DNA of 64,000 bases from assembly GCA_964016885.1 (NCBI GenBank), contig OZ024759.1, positions 248,001 to 312,000 of the forward strand, in the 5' to 3' direction. Source of the stretch: Eledone cirrhosa (taxonomy: Eukaryota). Shown one piece after another: positions 31,901-46,000 of this stretch. The position numbers and the translations under genes are program-made. Position 1 is the first letter of the stretch. Each line of letters opens with the position of its first letter. The notes beneath the pieces were generated by a model. That model did no database searches. It worked only from the letters and a program-made list of their open reading frames with translations, and was not told where the DNA came from.

Positions 31901-34900
31901 AGTCTATATTAGTAACATGACAAAGTCTATATTAGTAACATGACAAAGTCTATATTAGTAACATGACAAAGTCTATATTAGTAGCATGACAATGTCTATA
32001 TTAGTAACATGACAAAGTCTATATTAGTAACATGACACAGTCTATATTAGTAACATGACAAAGTCTATATTAGTAACATGACAAAGTCTATATTAGTAGC
32101 ATGACACAGTCTATATTAGTAACATGACACAGTCTATATTAGTAACATGACAGTCTATATTAGTAACATGACAAAGTCTATATTAGTAGCATGACAAAAT
32201 CTATATTAGTAACATGACACAGTCTATATTAGTAACATGACAGTCTATATTAGTAACATGACACAGTCTATATTAGTAACATGACAAAGTCTATATTAGT
32301 AGCATGACAAAGTCTATATTAGTAGCATGACACAGTCTATATTAGTAACTTGACACAGTCTATATTAGTAACATGACACAGTCTATATTAGTAACATGAC
32401 AAAGTCTATATTAGTAGCATGACAAAGTCTATATTAGTAACATGACAAAGTCTATATTAGTAACATGACACAGTCTATATTAGTAACATGACAAAGTCTA
32501 TATTAGTAACATGACAAAGTCTATATTAGTAACATGACACGGTCTATATTAGTAACATGACAAAGTCTATATTAGTAACGTGACACTGTCTATATTAGTC
32601 ACTTGACAAAGTCTATATTAGTAACATGACACAGTCTATATTAGTAACATGACACAGTCTATATTAGTAACATGACAAAGTCTATATTAGTAGCATGACA
32701 AAGTCTATATTAGTAACATGACAAAGTCTATATTATTAACATGACAAAGTCTATATTAGTAACATGACACTGTCTATATTAGTAACATGACACTGTCTAT
32801 ATTAGTAACATGACACAGTCTATATTAGTAACATGGCAAAGTCTATATTAGTAACATGGCAAAGTCTATATTAGTAACATGACAAAGTCTATATTAGTAA
32901 CATGACTAGGTCTATATTAGTAACATGACACAGTCTATATTAGTAACATGACAAAGTCTATATTAGTAACATGACAGTCTATATTAGTAACATGACAAAG
33001 TCTATATTAGTAACATGACAAAGTCTATATTAGTAACATGACAGTCTATATTAGTAACATGACACAGTCTATATTAGTAACATGACACGGTCTATATTAG
33101 TAACATGACAAAGTCTATATTAGTAACATGACACAGTCTATATTATTAACATGACAAAGTCTATATTAGTAACACGACACAGTCTATATTAGTAACATGA
33201 CATAGTCTATATTAGTAACATGACATAGTCTATATTAGTAGCATGACAAAGTCTATATTAGTAACATGACAAAGTCTATATTAGTAACATGACACAGTCT
33301 ATATTAGTAACATGAGAAAGTCTATATTAGTAACATGACACAGTCTATATTAGTAACATGACAAAGTCTATATTAGTAACATGACACAGTCTATATTAGT
33401 AACATGACACAGTCCATATTAGTAACATGACAAAGTCTATATTAGTAGCATGACAAAGTCTATATTAGTAACATGACAAAGTCTATATTAGAAACATGAC
33501 ACAGTCTATATTAGTAACATGACAAAGTCTATATTAGTAACATGACAAAGTCTATATTAGTAACATGACAGTCTATATTAGTAGCATGACAAAGTCTATA
33601 TTAGTAACATGACACAGTCTATATTAGTAACATGACACAGTCTATATTAGTAACATGACAAAGTCTATATTAGTAGCATGACAAAGTCTATATTAGTAAC
33701 ATGACACAGTCTATATTAGTAACATGACAAAGTCTATATTAGTAGCATGACAAAGTCTATATTAGTAACATGACAAAGTCTATATTAGTAACATGACAAA
33801 GTCTATATTAGTAACATGACAGTCTATATTAGTAACATGACAGTCCATATTAGTAGCATGACAAAGTCTATATTAGTAACATGACAAAGTCTATATTAGT
33901 AACATGACACAGTCTATATTAGTAACATGACACAGTCTATATTAGTAACATGACACAGTCTATATTAGTAACATGACACAGTCCATATTAGTAACATGAC
34001 AAAGTCTATATTAGTAACATGACAAAGTCTATATTAGTAACATGAGAAAGTCTATATTAGTAACATGACACAGTCTATACTAGTAACATGACAAAGTCTA
34101 TATTAGTAACATGACACAGTCTATATTAGTAACATGACACAGTCCATATTAGTAACATGACAAAGTCTATATTAGTAGCATGACAAAGTCTATATTAGTA
34201 ACATGACAAAGTCTATATTAGAAACATGACACAGTCTATATTAGTAACATGACAAAGTCTATATTAGTAACATGACAAAGTCTATATTAGTAACATGACA
34301 GTCTATATTAGTAGCATGACAAAGTCTATATTAGTAACATGACACAGTCTATATTAGTAACATGACACAGTCTATATTAGTAACATGACAAAGTCTATAT
34401 TAGTAGCATGACAAAGTCTATATTAGTAACATGACACAGTCTATATTAGTAACATGACAACGTCTATATTAGTAGCATGACAAAGTCTATATTAGTAACA
34501 TGACAAAGTCTATATTAGTAACATGACAAAGTCTATATTAGTAACATGACAGTCTATATTAGTAACATGACAGTCCATATTAGTAGCATGACAAAGTCTA
34601 TATTAGTAACATGACAAAGTCTATATTAGTAACATGACACAGTCTATATTAGTAACATGACACAGTCTATATTAGTAACATGACACAGTCTATATTAGTA
34701 ACATGACAAAGTCTATATTAGTAACATGGCAAAGTCTATATTAGTAACATGACAAAGTCTATATTAGTAACATGACAAGGTCTATATTAGTAACATGACA
34801 CAGTCTATATTAGTAACATGACAAAGTCTATATTAGTAACATGACAGTCTATATTAGTAACATGACACAGTCTATATTAGTAACATGACAAAGTCTATAT

Positions 34901-37900
34901 TAGTAGCATGACAAAGTCTATATTAGTAACATGACACAGTCTATATTAGTAACATGACAAAGTCTATATTAGTAGCATGACAAAGTCTATATTAGTAACA
35001 TGACAAAGTCTATATTAGTAGCATGACAAAGTCTATATTAGTAACATGACACAGTCTATATTAGTAACATGACAAAGTCTATATTAGTAGCATGACAAAG
35101 TCTATATTAGTAACATGACAAAGTCTATATTAGTAACATGACAAAGTCTATATTAGTAACATGACAGTCTATATTAGTAACATGACAGTCCATATTAGTA
35201 GCATGACAAAGTCTATATTAGTAACATGACAAAGTCTATATTAGTAACATGACACAGTCTATATTAGTAACATGACACAGTCTATATTAGTAACATGACA
35301 CAGTCTATATTAGTAACATGACAAAGTCTATATTAGTAACATGACAGTCTATATTAGTAACATGACACAGTCTATATTAGTAACATGACACAGTCTATAT
35401 TAGTAACATGACATAGACTATATTAGTAACATGACAAAGTCTATATTAGTAACATGACAGTCTATATTAGTAACATGTCAAAGTCTATATTAGTAACATG
35501 ACACAGTCTATATTTGTAACATGACAAAGTCTCTATTAGTAACATGACAAAGTCTATATTAGTAACATGACAGTCTATATTAGTAACATGACAAAGTCTC
35601 TATTAGTAACATGACAAAGTCTATATTAGTAACATGACAGTCTATATTAGTAACATGACAAAGTCTATATTAGTAACATGACAAAGTCTATATTAGTAAC
35701 ATGACAAAGTCTATATTAGTAACATGACAAAGTCTATATTAGTAGCATGACAATGTCTATATTAGTAACATGACAAAGTCTATATTAGTAACATGACAAA
35801 GTCTATATTAGTAACATGACAAAGTCTATATTAGTAGCATGACACAGTCTATATTAGTAACATGACACAGTCTATATTAGTAACATGACAGTCTATATTA
35901 GTAACATGACAAAGTCTATATTAGTAGCATGACAAAATCTATATTAGTAACATGACACAGTCTATATTAGTAACATGACAGTCTATATTAGTAACATGAC
36001 ACAGTCTATATTAGTAACATGACAAAGTCTATATTAGTAGCATGACAAAGTCTATATTAGTAGCATGACACAGTCTATATTAGTAACTTGACACAGTCTA
36101 TATTAGTAACATGACACAGTCTATATTAGTAACATGACAAAGTCTATATTAGTAGCATGACAAAGTCTATATTAGTAACATGACAAAGTCTATATTAGTA
36201 ACATGACACAGTCTATATTAGTAACATGACAAAGTCTATATTAGTAACATGACAAAGTCTATATTAGTAACATGACACGGTCTATATTAGTAACATGACA
36301 AAGTCTATATTAGTAACGTGACACTGTCTATATTAGTCACTTGACAAAGTCTATATTAGTAACATGACACAGTCTATATTAGTAACATGACACAGTCTAT
36401 ATTAGTAACATGACAAAGTCTATATTAGTAGCATGACAAAGTCTATATTAGTAACATGACAAAGTCTATATTATTAACATGACAAAGTCTATATTAGTAA
36501 CATGACACTGTCTATATTAGTAACATGACACTGTCTATATTAGTAACATGACACAGTCTATATTAGTAACATGGCAAAGTCTATATTAGTAACATGGCAA
36601 AGTCTATATTAGTAACATGACAAAGTCTATATTAGTAACATGACTAGGTCTATATTAGTAACATGACACAGTCTATATTAGTAACATGACAAAGTCTATA
36701 TTAGTAACATGACAGTCTATATTAGTAACATGACAAAGTCTATATTAGTAACATGACAAAGTCTATATTAGTAACATGACAGTCTATATTAGTAACATGA
36801 CACAGTCTATATTAGTAACATGACACGGTCTATATTAGTAACATGACAAAGTCTATATTAGTAACATGACACAGTCTATATTATTAACATGACAAAGTCT
36901 ATATTAGTAACACGACACAGTCTATATTAGTAACATGACATAGTCTATATTAGTAACATGACATAGTCTATATTAGTAGCATGACAAAGTCTATATTAGT
37001 AACATGACAAAGTCTATATTAGTAACATGACACAGTCTATATTAGTAACATGAGAAAGTCTATATTAGTAACATGACACAGTCTATATTAGTAACATGAC
37101 AAAGTCTATATTAGTAACATGACACAGTCTATATTAGTAACATGACACAGTCCATATTAGTAACATGACAAAGTCTATATTAGTAGCATGACAAAGTCTA
37201 TATTAGTAACATGACAAAGTCTATATTAGAAACATGACACAGTCTATATTAGTAACATGACAAAGTCTATATTAGTAACATGACAAAGTCTATATTAGTA
37301 ACATGACAGTCTATATTAGTAGCATGACAAAGTCTATATTAGTAACATGACACAGTCTATATTAGTAACATGACACAGTCTATATTAGTAACATGACAAA
37401 GTCTATATTAGTAGCATGACAAAGTCTATATTAGTAACATGACACAGTCTATATTAGTAACATGACAAAGTCTATATTAGTAGCATGACAAAGTCTATAT
37501 TAGTAACATGACAAAGTCTATATTAGTAACATGACAAAGTCTATATTAGTAACATGACAGTCTATATTAGTAACATGACAGTCCATATTAGTAGCATGAC
37601 AAAGTCTATATTAGTAACATGACAAAGTCTATATTAGTAACATGACACAGTCTATATTAGTAACATGACACAGTCTATATTAGTAACATGACACAGTCTA
37701 TATTAGTAACATGACACAGTCCATATTAGTAACATGACAAAGTCTATATTAGTAACATGACAAAGTCTATATTAGTAACATGAGAAAGTCTATATTAGTA
37801 ACATGACACAGTCTATATTAGTAACATGACAAAGTCTATATTAGTAACATGACACAGTCTATATTAGTAACATGACACAGTCCATATTAGTAACATGACA

Positions 37901-38600
37901 AAGTCTATATTAGTAGCATGACAAAGTCTATATTAGTAACATGACAAAGTCTATATTAGAAACATGACACAGTCTATATTAGTAACATGACAAAGTCTAT
38001 ATTAGTAACATGACAAAGTCTATATTAGTAACATGACAGTCTATATTAGTAGCATGACAAAGTCTATATTAGTAACATGACACAGTCTATATTAGTAACA
38101 TGACACAGTCTATATTAGTAACATGACAAAGTCTATATTAGTAGCATGACAAAGTCTATATTAGTAACATGACACAGTCTATATTAGTAACATGACAAAG
38201 TCTATATTAGTAGCATGACAAAGTCTATATTAGTAACATGACAAAGTCTATATTAGTAACATGACAAAGTCTATATTAGTAACATGACAGTCTATATTAG
38301 TAACATGACAGTCCATATTAGTAGCATGACAAAGTCTATATTAGTAACATGACAAAGTCTATATTAGTAACATGACACAGTCTATATTAGTAACATGACA
38401 CAGTCTATATTAGTAACATGACACAGTCTATATTAGTAACATGACAAAGTCTATATTAGTAACATGGCAAAGTCTATATTAGTAACATGACAAAGTCTAT
38501 ATTAGTAACATGACAAGGTCTATATTAGTAACATGACACAGTCTATATTAGTAACATGACAAAGTCTATATTAGTAACATGACAGTCTATATTAGTAACA
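29000..38600. repeat. Second variant domain: three related higher-order copies (offsets ~2506-2529 and 3738-3761 bp) with a nested 730-bp duplication; boundaries approximate
   Basis: AACTTGACAC at 29841/32347/36085; GTCACTTG at 30092/32598/36336; CATGAGAAA at 30782/33311/34041/37049/37779. Confidence 0.8.
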
Positions 38601-39119
38601 TGACAAAGTCTATATTAGTAACATGACAAAGTCTATATTAGTAACATGACAGTCTATATTAGTAACATGACACAGTCTATATTAGTAACATGACAAAGTC
38701 TATATTAGTAACATGACATAGACTATATTAGTAACATGACAAAGTCTATATTAGTAACATGACAGTCTATATTAGTACCATGACACAGTCTATATTAGTA
38801 ACATGACACAGTCTATATTAGTAACATGACAAAGTCTCTATTAGTAACATGACAAAGTCTATATTAGTAACATGACAGTCTATATTAGTAACATGACAAA
38901 GTCTCTATTAGTAACATGACAAAGTCTATATTAGTAACATGACAGTCTATATTAGTAACATGACAAAGTCTATATTAGTAACATGACAGTCTATATTGTA
39001 ACATGACACAGTCTATATTAGTAACATGACACAGTCTATATTAGTAACATGACAGTCTATATTAGTAACATGACAAAGTCTATATTAGTAGCATGACACA
39101 GTCTATATTAGTAACATGA

Positions 39120-42100
39120 CAAAGTCTATATTAGTAACATGACAAAGTCTATATTAGTAGCATGACACAGTATATATTAGTAACATGACACAGTCTATAT
39201 TAGTAACATGACAGTCTATATTAGTAACATGACAAAGTCTATATTAGTAGCATGACAAAGTCTATATTAGTAACATGACACAGTCTATATTAGTAACATG
39301 ACAGTCTATATTAGTAACATGACACAGTCTATATTAGTAACATGACAAAGTCTATATTAGTAGCATGACAAAGTCTATATTAGTAACATGACACAGTCTA
39401 TATTAGTAACATGACAGTCTATATTAGTAACATGACACAGTCTATGTTAGTAACATGACAAAGTCTATATTAGTAGCATGACAAAGTCTATATTAGTAGC
39501 ATGACACAGTCTATATTAGTAACATGACACAGTCTATATTAGTAACATGACAAAGTCTATATTAGTAACATGACACACTCTATATTAGTAACATGACAAA
39601 GTCTATATTAGTAACATGACAAAGTCTATATTAGTAACATGACACAGTCTATATTAGTAACATGACAAAGTCTATATTACTAACATGACACTGTCTATAT
39701 TAGTAACTTGACAAAGTCTATATTAGTAACATGTCACAGTCTATATTAGTAACATGACAAAGTCTATATTAGTAACATGACACTGTCTATATTAGTAACT
39801 TGACAAAGTCTATATTAGTAACATGACAGTCTATATTAGTAACATGACAAAGTCTATATTAGTAACATGACAAAGTCTATATTAGTAACATGACACAGTC
39901 TATATTAGTAACATGTCAAAGTCTATATTAGTAACATGACAAAGTCTATATTAGTAACATGACACAGTCTATATTAGTAACTTGACAAAGTCTATATTAG
40001 TAACATGACACTGTCTATATTAGTAACTTGACAAAGGCTATATTAGTAACATGACACAGTCTATATTAGTAACATGACAAAGTCTATATTAGTAACATGA
40101 CACTGTCTATATTAGTAACTTGACAAAGTCTATATTAGTAACATGACAAAGTCTATTTTAGTAACATGACACTGTCTATATTACTAACATGACACAGTCT
40201 ATATTAGTAACATGACACGGTCTATATTAGTAACATGACAAAGTCTATATTAGTAACATGACAAAGTCTATATTAGTAGCATGACACAGTATATATTAGT
40301 AACATGACACAGTCTATATTAGTAACATGACAGTCTATATTAGTAACATGACAAAGTCTATATTAGTAGCATGACAAAGTCTATATTAGTAACATGACAC
40401 AGTCTATATTAGTAACATGACAGTCTATATTAGTAACATGACACAGTCTATATTAGTAACATGACAAAGTCTATATTAGTAGCATGACAAAGTCTATATT
40501 AGTAACATGACACAGTCTATATTAGTAACATGACAGTCTATATTAGTAACATGACACAGTCTATGTTAGTAACATGACAAAGTCTATATTAGTAGCATGA
40601 CAAAGTCTATATTAGTAGCATGACACAGTCTATATTAGTAACATGACACAGTCTATATTAGTAACATGACAAAGTCTATATTAGTAACATGACACAGTCT
40701 ATATTAGTAACATGACAAAGTCTATATTAGTAACATGACAAAGTCTATATTAGTAACATGACACAGTCTATATTAGTAACATGACAAAGTCTATATTACT
40801 AACATGACACTGTCTATATTAGTAACTTGACAAAGTCTATATTAGTAACATGTCACAGTCTATATTAGTAACATGACAAAGTATATATTAGTAACATGAC
40901 ACTGTCTATATTAGTAACTTGACAAAGTCTATATTAGTAACATGACAGTCTATATTAGTAACATGACAAAGTCTATATTAGTAACATGACAAAGTCTATA
41001 TTAGTAACATGACACAGTCTATATTAGTAACATGTCAAAGTCTATATTAGTAACATGACAAAGTCTATATTAGTAACATGACACAGTCTATATTAGTAAC
41101 TTGACAAAGTCTATATTAGTAACATGACACTGTCTATATTAGTAACTTGACAAAGTCTATATTAGTAACATGACACAGTCTATATTAGTAACATGACAAA
41201 GTCTATATTAGTAACATGACACTGTCTATATTAGTAACTTGACAAAGTCTATATTAGTAACATGACAAAGTCTATTTTAGTAACATGACACTGTCTATAT
41301 TACTAACATGACACAGTCTATATTAGTAACATGACACAGTCTATATTAGTAACATGACAAAGTCTATATTAGTAACATGACACAGTCTATATTAGTAACA
41401 TGGCAAAGTCTATATTAGTAACATGACAAAGTCTATATTAGTAACATGACAAGGTCTATATTAGTAACATGACACAGTCTATATTAGTAACATGACAAAG
41501 TCTATATTAGTAACATGACAGTCTATATTAGTAACATGACAAAGTCTATATTAGTAACATGACAAAGTCTATATTAGTAACATGACAGTCTATATTAGTA
41601 ACATGACACAGTCTATATTAGTAACATGACACAGTCTATATTAGTAACATGACAAAGTCTATATTAGTAGCATGACAAAGTCTATATTAGTAACATGACA
41701 AAGTCTATATTAGTAACATGACAGTCTATATTAGTAACATGACAAAGTCTATATTAGTAACATGACAGTCTATATTAGTAACATGACAGTCCATATTAGT
41801 AGCATGACAAAGTCTATATTAGTAACATGACAAAGTCTATATTAGTAACATGACACAATCTATATAAGTTACATGACAAAGTCTATATTAGTAACATTGC
41901 AAAGTCTATATTATTAACATGACAAAGTCTATATTAGTAACATGACAAGGTCTATATTAGTAACATGACACAGTCTATATTAGTAACATGACAAAGTCTA
42001 TATTAGTAACATGACAAAGTCTATATTAGTAACATGACACAGTCTATATTAGTAACATGCCAAAGTCTATATTACTAACATGACACTGTCTATATTAGTA

Positions 42101-43042
42101 ACTTGACAAAGTCTATATTAGTAACATGTCACAGTCTATATTAGTAACATGACAAAGTCTATATTAGTAACATGACACTGTCTATATTAGTAACTTGACA
42201 AAGTCTATATTAGTAACATGACAGTCTATATTAGTAACATGACAAAGTCTATATTAGTAACATGACAAAGTCTATATTAGTAACATGACACAGTCTATAT
42301 TAGTAACATGTCAAAGTCTATATTAGTAACATGACAAAGTCTATATTAGTAACATGACACAGTCTATATTAGTAACTTGACAAAGTCTATATTAGTAACA
42401 TGACACTGTCAATATTAGTAACTTGACAAAGTCTATATTAGTAACATGACACAGTCTATATTAGTAACATGACAAAGTCTATATTAGTAACATGACACTG
42501 TCTATATTAGTAACTTGACAAAGTCTATATTAGTAACATGACAAAGTCTATTTTAGTAACATGACACTGTCTATATTACTAACATGACACAGTCTATATT
42601 AGTAACATGACACAGTCTATATTAGTAACATGACAAAGTCTATATTAGTAACATGACACAGTCTATATTAGTAACATGGCAAAGTCTATATTAGTAACAT
42701 GACAAAGTCTATATTAGTAACATGACAAGGTCTATATTAGTAACATGACACAGTCTATATTAGTAACATGACAAAGTCTATATTAGTAACATGACAGTCT
42801 ATATTAGTAACATGACAATGTCTATATTAGTAACATGACAAAGTCTATATTAGTAACATGACAGTCTATATTAGTAACATGACACAGTCTATATTAGTAA
42901 CATGACAATGTCTCTATTAGTAACATGACAAAGTCTATATTAGTAACATGACAGTCTATATTAGTAACATGACAATGTCTCTATTAGTAACATGACAAAG
43001 TCTATATTAGTAACATGACATTCTATATTAGTAACATGACAC
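39120..43042. repeat. Third, more divergent variant domain with 1119-bp and 1276-bp repeats
   Basis: TATGTTAG (G at 39446/40565), TATTACTAAC (C at 39680/40799/42075), GTCTATTTTAG (40151/41270/42546), and dense ACT-linker plus AACTTGAC monomers. Confidence 0.85.
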
Positions 43043-46000
43043 AGTCTATATTAGTAACATGACAAAGTCTATATTATTAACATGACAAAGTCTATATTAG
43101 TAACATGACACTGTCTATATTAGTAACATGACACTGTCTATATTAGTAACATGACACAGTCTATATTAGTAACATGGCAAAGTCTATATTAGTAACATGG
43201 CAAAGTCTATATTAGTAACATGACAAAGTCTATATTAGAAACATGACTAGGTCTATATTAGTAACATGACACAGTCTATATTAGTAACATGACAAAGTCT
43301 ATATTAGTAACATGACAGTCTATATTAGTAACGTGACAAAGTCTATATTAGTAACATGACAAAGTCTATATTAGTAACATGACAGTCTATATTAGTAACA
43401 TGACACAGTCTATATTAGTAACATGACACGGTCTATATTAGTAACATGACAAAGTCTATATTAGTAACATGACACAGTCTATATTAGTAACATGACACAG
43501 TCTATATTAGTAACATGACATAGACTATATTAGTAACATGACAAAGTCTATATTAGTAACATGACAGTCTATATTAGTAACATGACAAAGTCTATATTAG
43601 TAACATGACACAGTCTATATTAGTAACATGACAAAGTCTCTATTAGTAACATGACAAAGTCTATATTAGTAACATGACGGTCTATATTAGTAACATGACA
43701 AAGTCTCTATTAGTAACATGACAAAGACTATATTAGTAACGTGACAGTCTATATTAGTAACATGACAAAGTCTATATTAGTAACATGACAGTCTATATTG
43801 TAACATGACACAGTCTATATTAGTAACATGACACAGTCTATATTAGTAACATGACAGTCTATATTAGTAACATGACAAAGTCTATATTAGTAACATGACA
43901 ATGTCTATATTAGTAACATGACAAAGTCTATATTAGTAACATGACAAAGTCTATATTAGTAGCATGACACAGTCTATATTAGTAACATGACAAAGTCTAT
44001 ATTAGTAACATGACACAGTCTATATTAGTAACATGACAAAGTCTATATTAGTAACATGACAAAGTCTATATTAGTAGCATGACACAGTCTATATTAGTAA
44101 CATGACAGTCTATATTAGTAACATGACAAAGTCTATATTAGTAGCATGACAAAGTCTATATTAGTAACATGACACAGTCTATATTAGTAACATGACAGTC
44201 TATATTAGTAACATGACACAGTCTATATTAGTAACATGACAAAGTCTATATTAGTAACATGACACAGTCTATATTAGTAACATGACAGTCTATATTAGTA
44301 ACATGACACAGTCTATATTAGTAACATGACACAGTCTATATTAGTAACATGACAGTCTATATTAGTAACATGACAAAGTCTATATTAGTAACATGACAAT
44401 GTCTATATTAGTAACATGACAAAGTCTATATTAGTAACATGACAAAGTCTATATTAGTAGCATGACACAGTCTATATTAGTAACATGACAAAGTCTATAT
44501 TAGTAACATGACACAGTCTATATTAGTAACATGACAAAGTCTATATTAGTAGCATGACAAAGTCTATATTTGTAGCATGACACAGTCTATATTAGTAACA
44601 TGACACAGTCTATATTAGTAACATGACACAGTCTATATTAGTAACATGACAAAGTCTATATTAGTAGCATGACAAAGTCTATATTAGTAACATGACAAAG
44701 TCTATATTAGTAACATGACACAGTCTATATTAGTAACATGACAAAGTCTATATTAGTAACATGACACAGTCTATATTAGTAACATGACAGTCTATATTAG
44801 TAACATGACAAAGTCTATATTAGTAGCATGACAAAGTCTATATTAGTAACATGACACAGTCTATATTAGTAACATTACATAGACTATATTAGTAACATGA
44901 CAAAGTCTATATTAGTAACATGACAAAGTCTATATTAGTAACATGACAGTCTATATTGTAACATGACACAGTCTATATTAGTAACATGACACAGTCTATA
45001 TTAGTAACATGACAAAGTCTATATTAGTAACATGACACAGTCTATATTAGTAACATGACAGTCTATATTAGTAACATGACAAAGTCTATATTAGTAACAT
45101 GACATAGACTATATTAGTAACATGACAAAGTCTATATTAGTAACATGACAAAGTCTATATTAGTAACATGACAGTCTATATTGTAACATGACACAGTCTA
45201 TATTAGTAACATGGCAATGTCTATATTAGTAACATGACAAAGTCTATATTAGTAACATGGCAAAGTCTAAATTAGTAACATGACAAAGTCTATATTAGTA
45301 ACATGTCAAGGTCTATATTAGTAACATGACAAAGTCTATATTAGTAACATGACAAAGTCTATATTAGTAACATGACAGTCTATATTAGTAACATGACAAA
45401 GTCTATATTAGTAACATGACAGTTTATATTAGTAACATGATAGTCTATATTAGTAGCATGACAAAGTCTATATTAGTAACATGACACAGTCTATATTAGT
45501 AACATGACACAGTCTATATTAGTAACATGACAAAGTCTATATTAGTAGCATGACAAAGTCTATATTAGTAACATGACACAGTCTATATTAGTAACATGAC
45601 ACAGTCTATATTAGTAACATGACAAAGTCTATATTAGTAACATGCCAGTCTATATTAGTAACATGACAAAATCTATATTAGTACCATGACAAAGTCTATA
45701 TTAGTAACATGACAAAGTCTATATTAGTAACATGACAAAGTCTATATTAGTAACATGACAGTCTATATTAGTAACATGACAGTCCATATTAGTAGCATGA
45801 CAAAGTCTATATTAGTAACATGACAAAGTCTATATTAGTAACATGACACAGTCTATATTAGTAACATGACACAGTCTATATTAGTAACATGACACAGTCT
45901 ATATTAGTAACATGACAAAGTCTATATTAGTAACATGGCAAAGTCTATATTAGTAACATGACAAAGTCTATATGAGTAACATGACAAGGTCTATATTAGT

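Larger units (their letters stand above)
7152..43042. repeat. First copy of a 35,891-bp duplicated super-unit (only its first ~21 kb is seen twice within the window)
   Basis: Markers at an identical offset of 35,891: GACGG 7788/43679, AAAGCCTA 21455/57346, TTAGTAATAT 25631/61522, GTCACTTG 11742/47633, SNP 14688/50579. Window end 64000 matches 28109. Confidence 0.85.

Noticed and set aside
34451-34470. Apparent insertion at GACAACGTC
   Set aside because: The linker is still 3 bp (AAC); it is a single A>C substitution at 34461.
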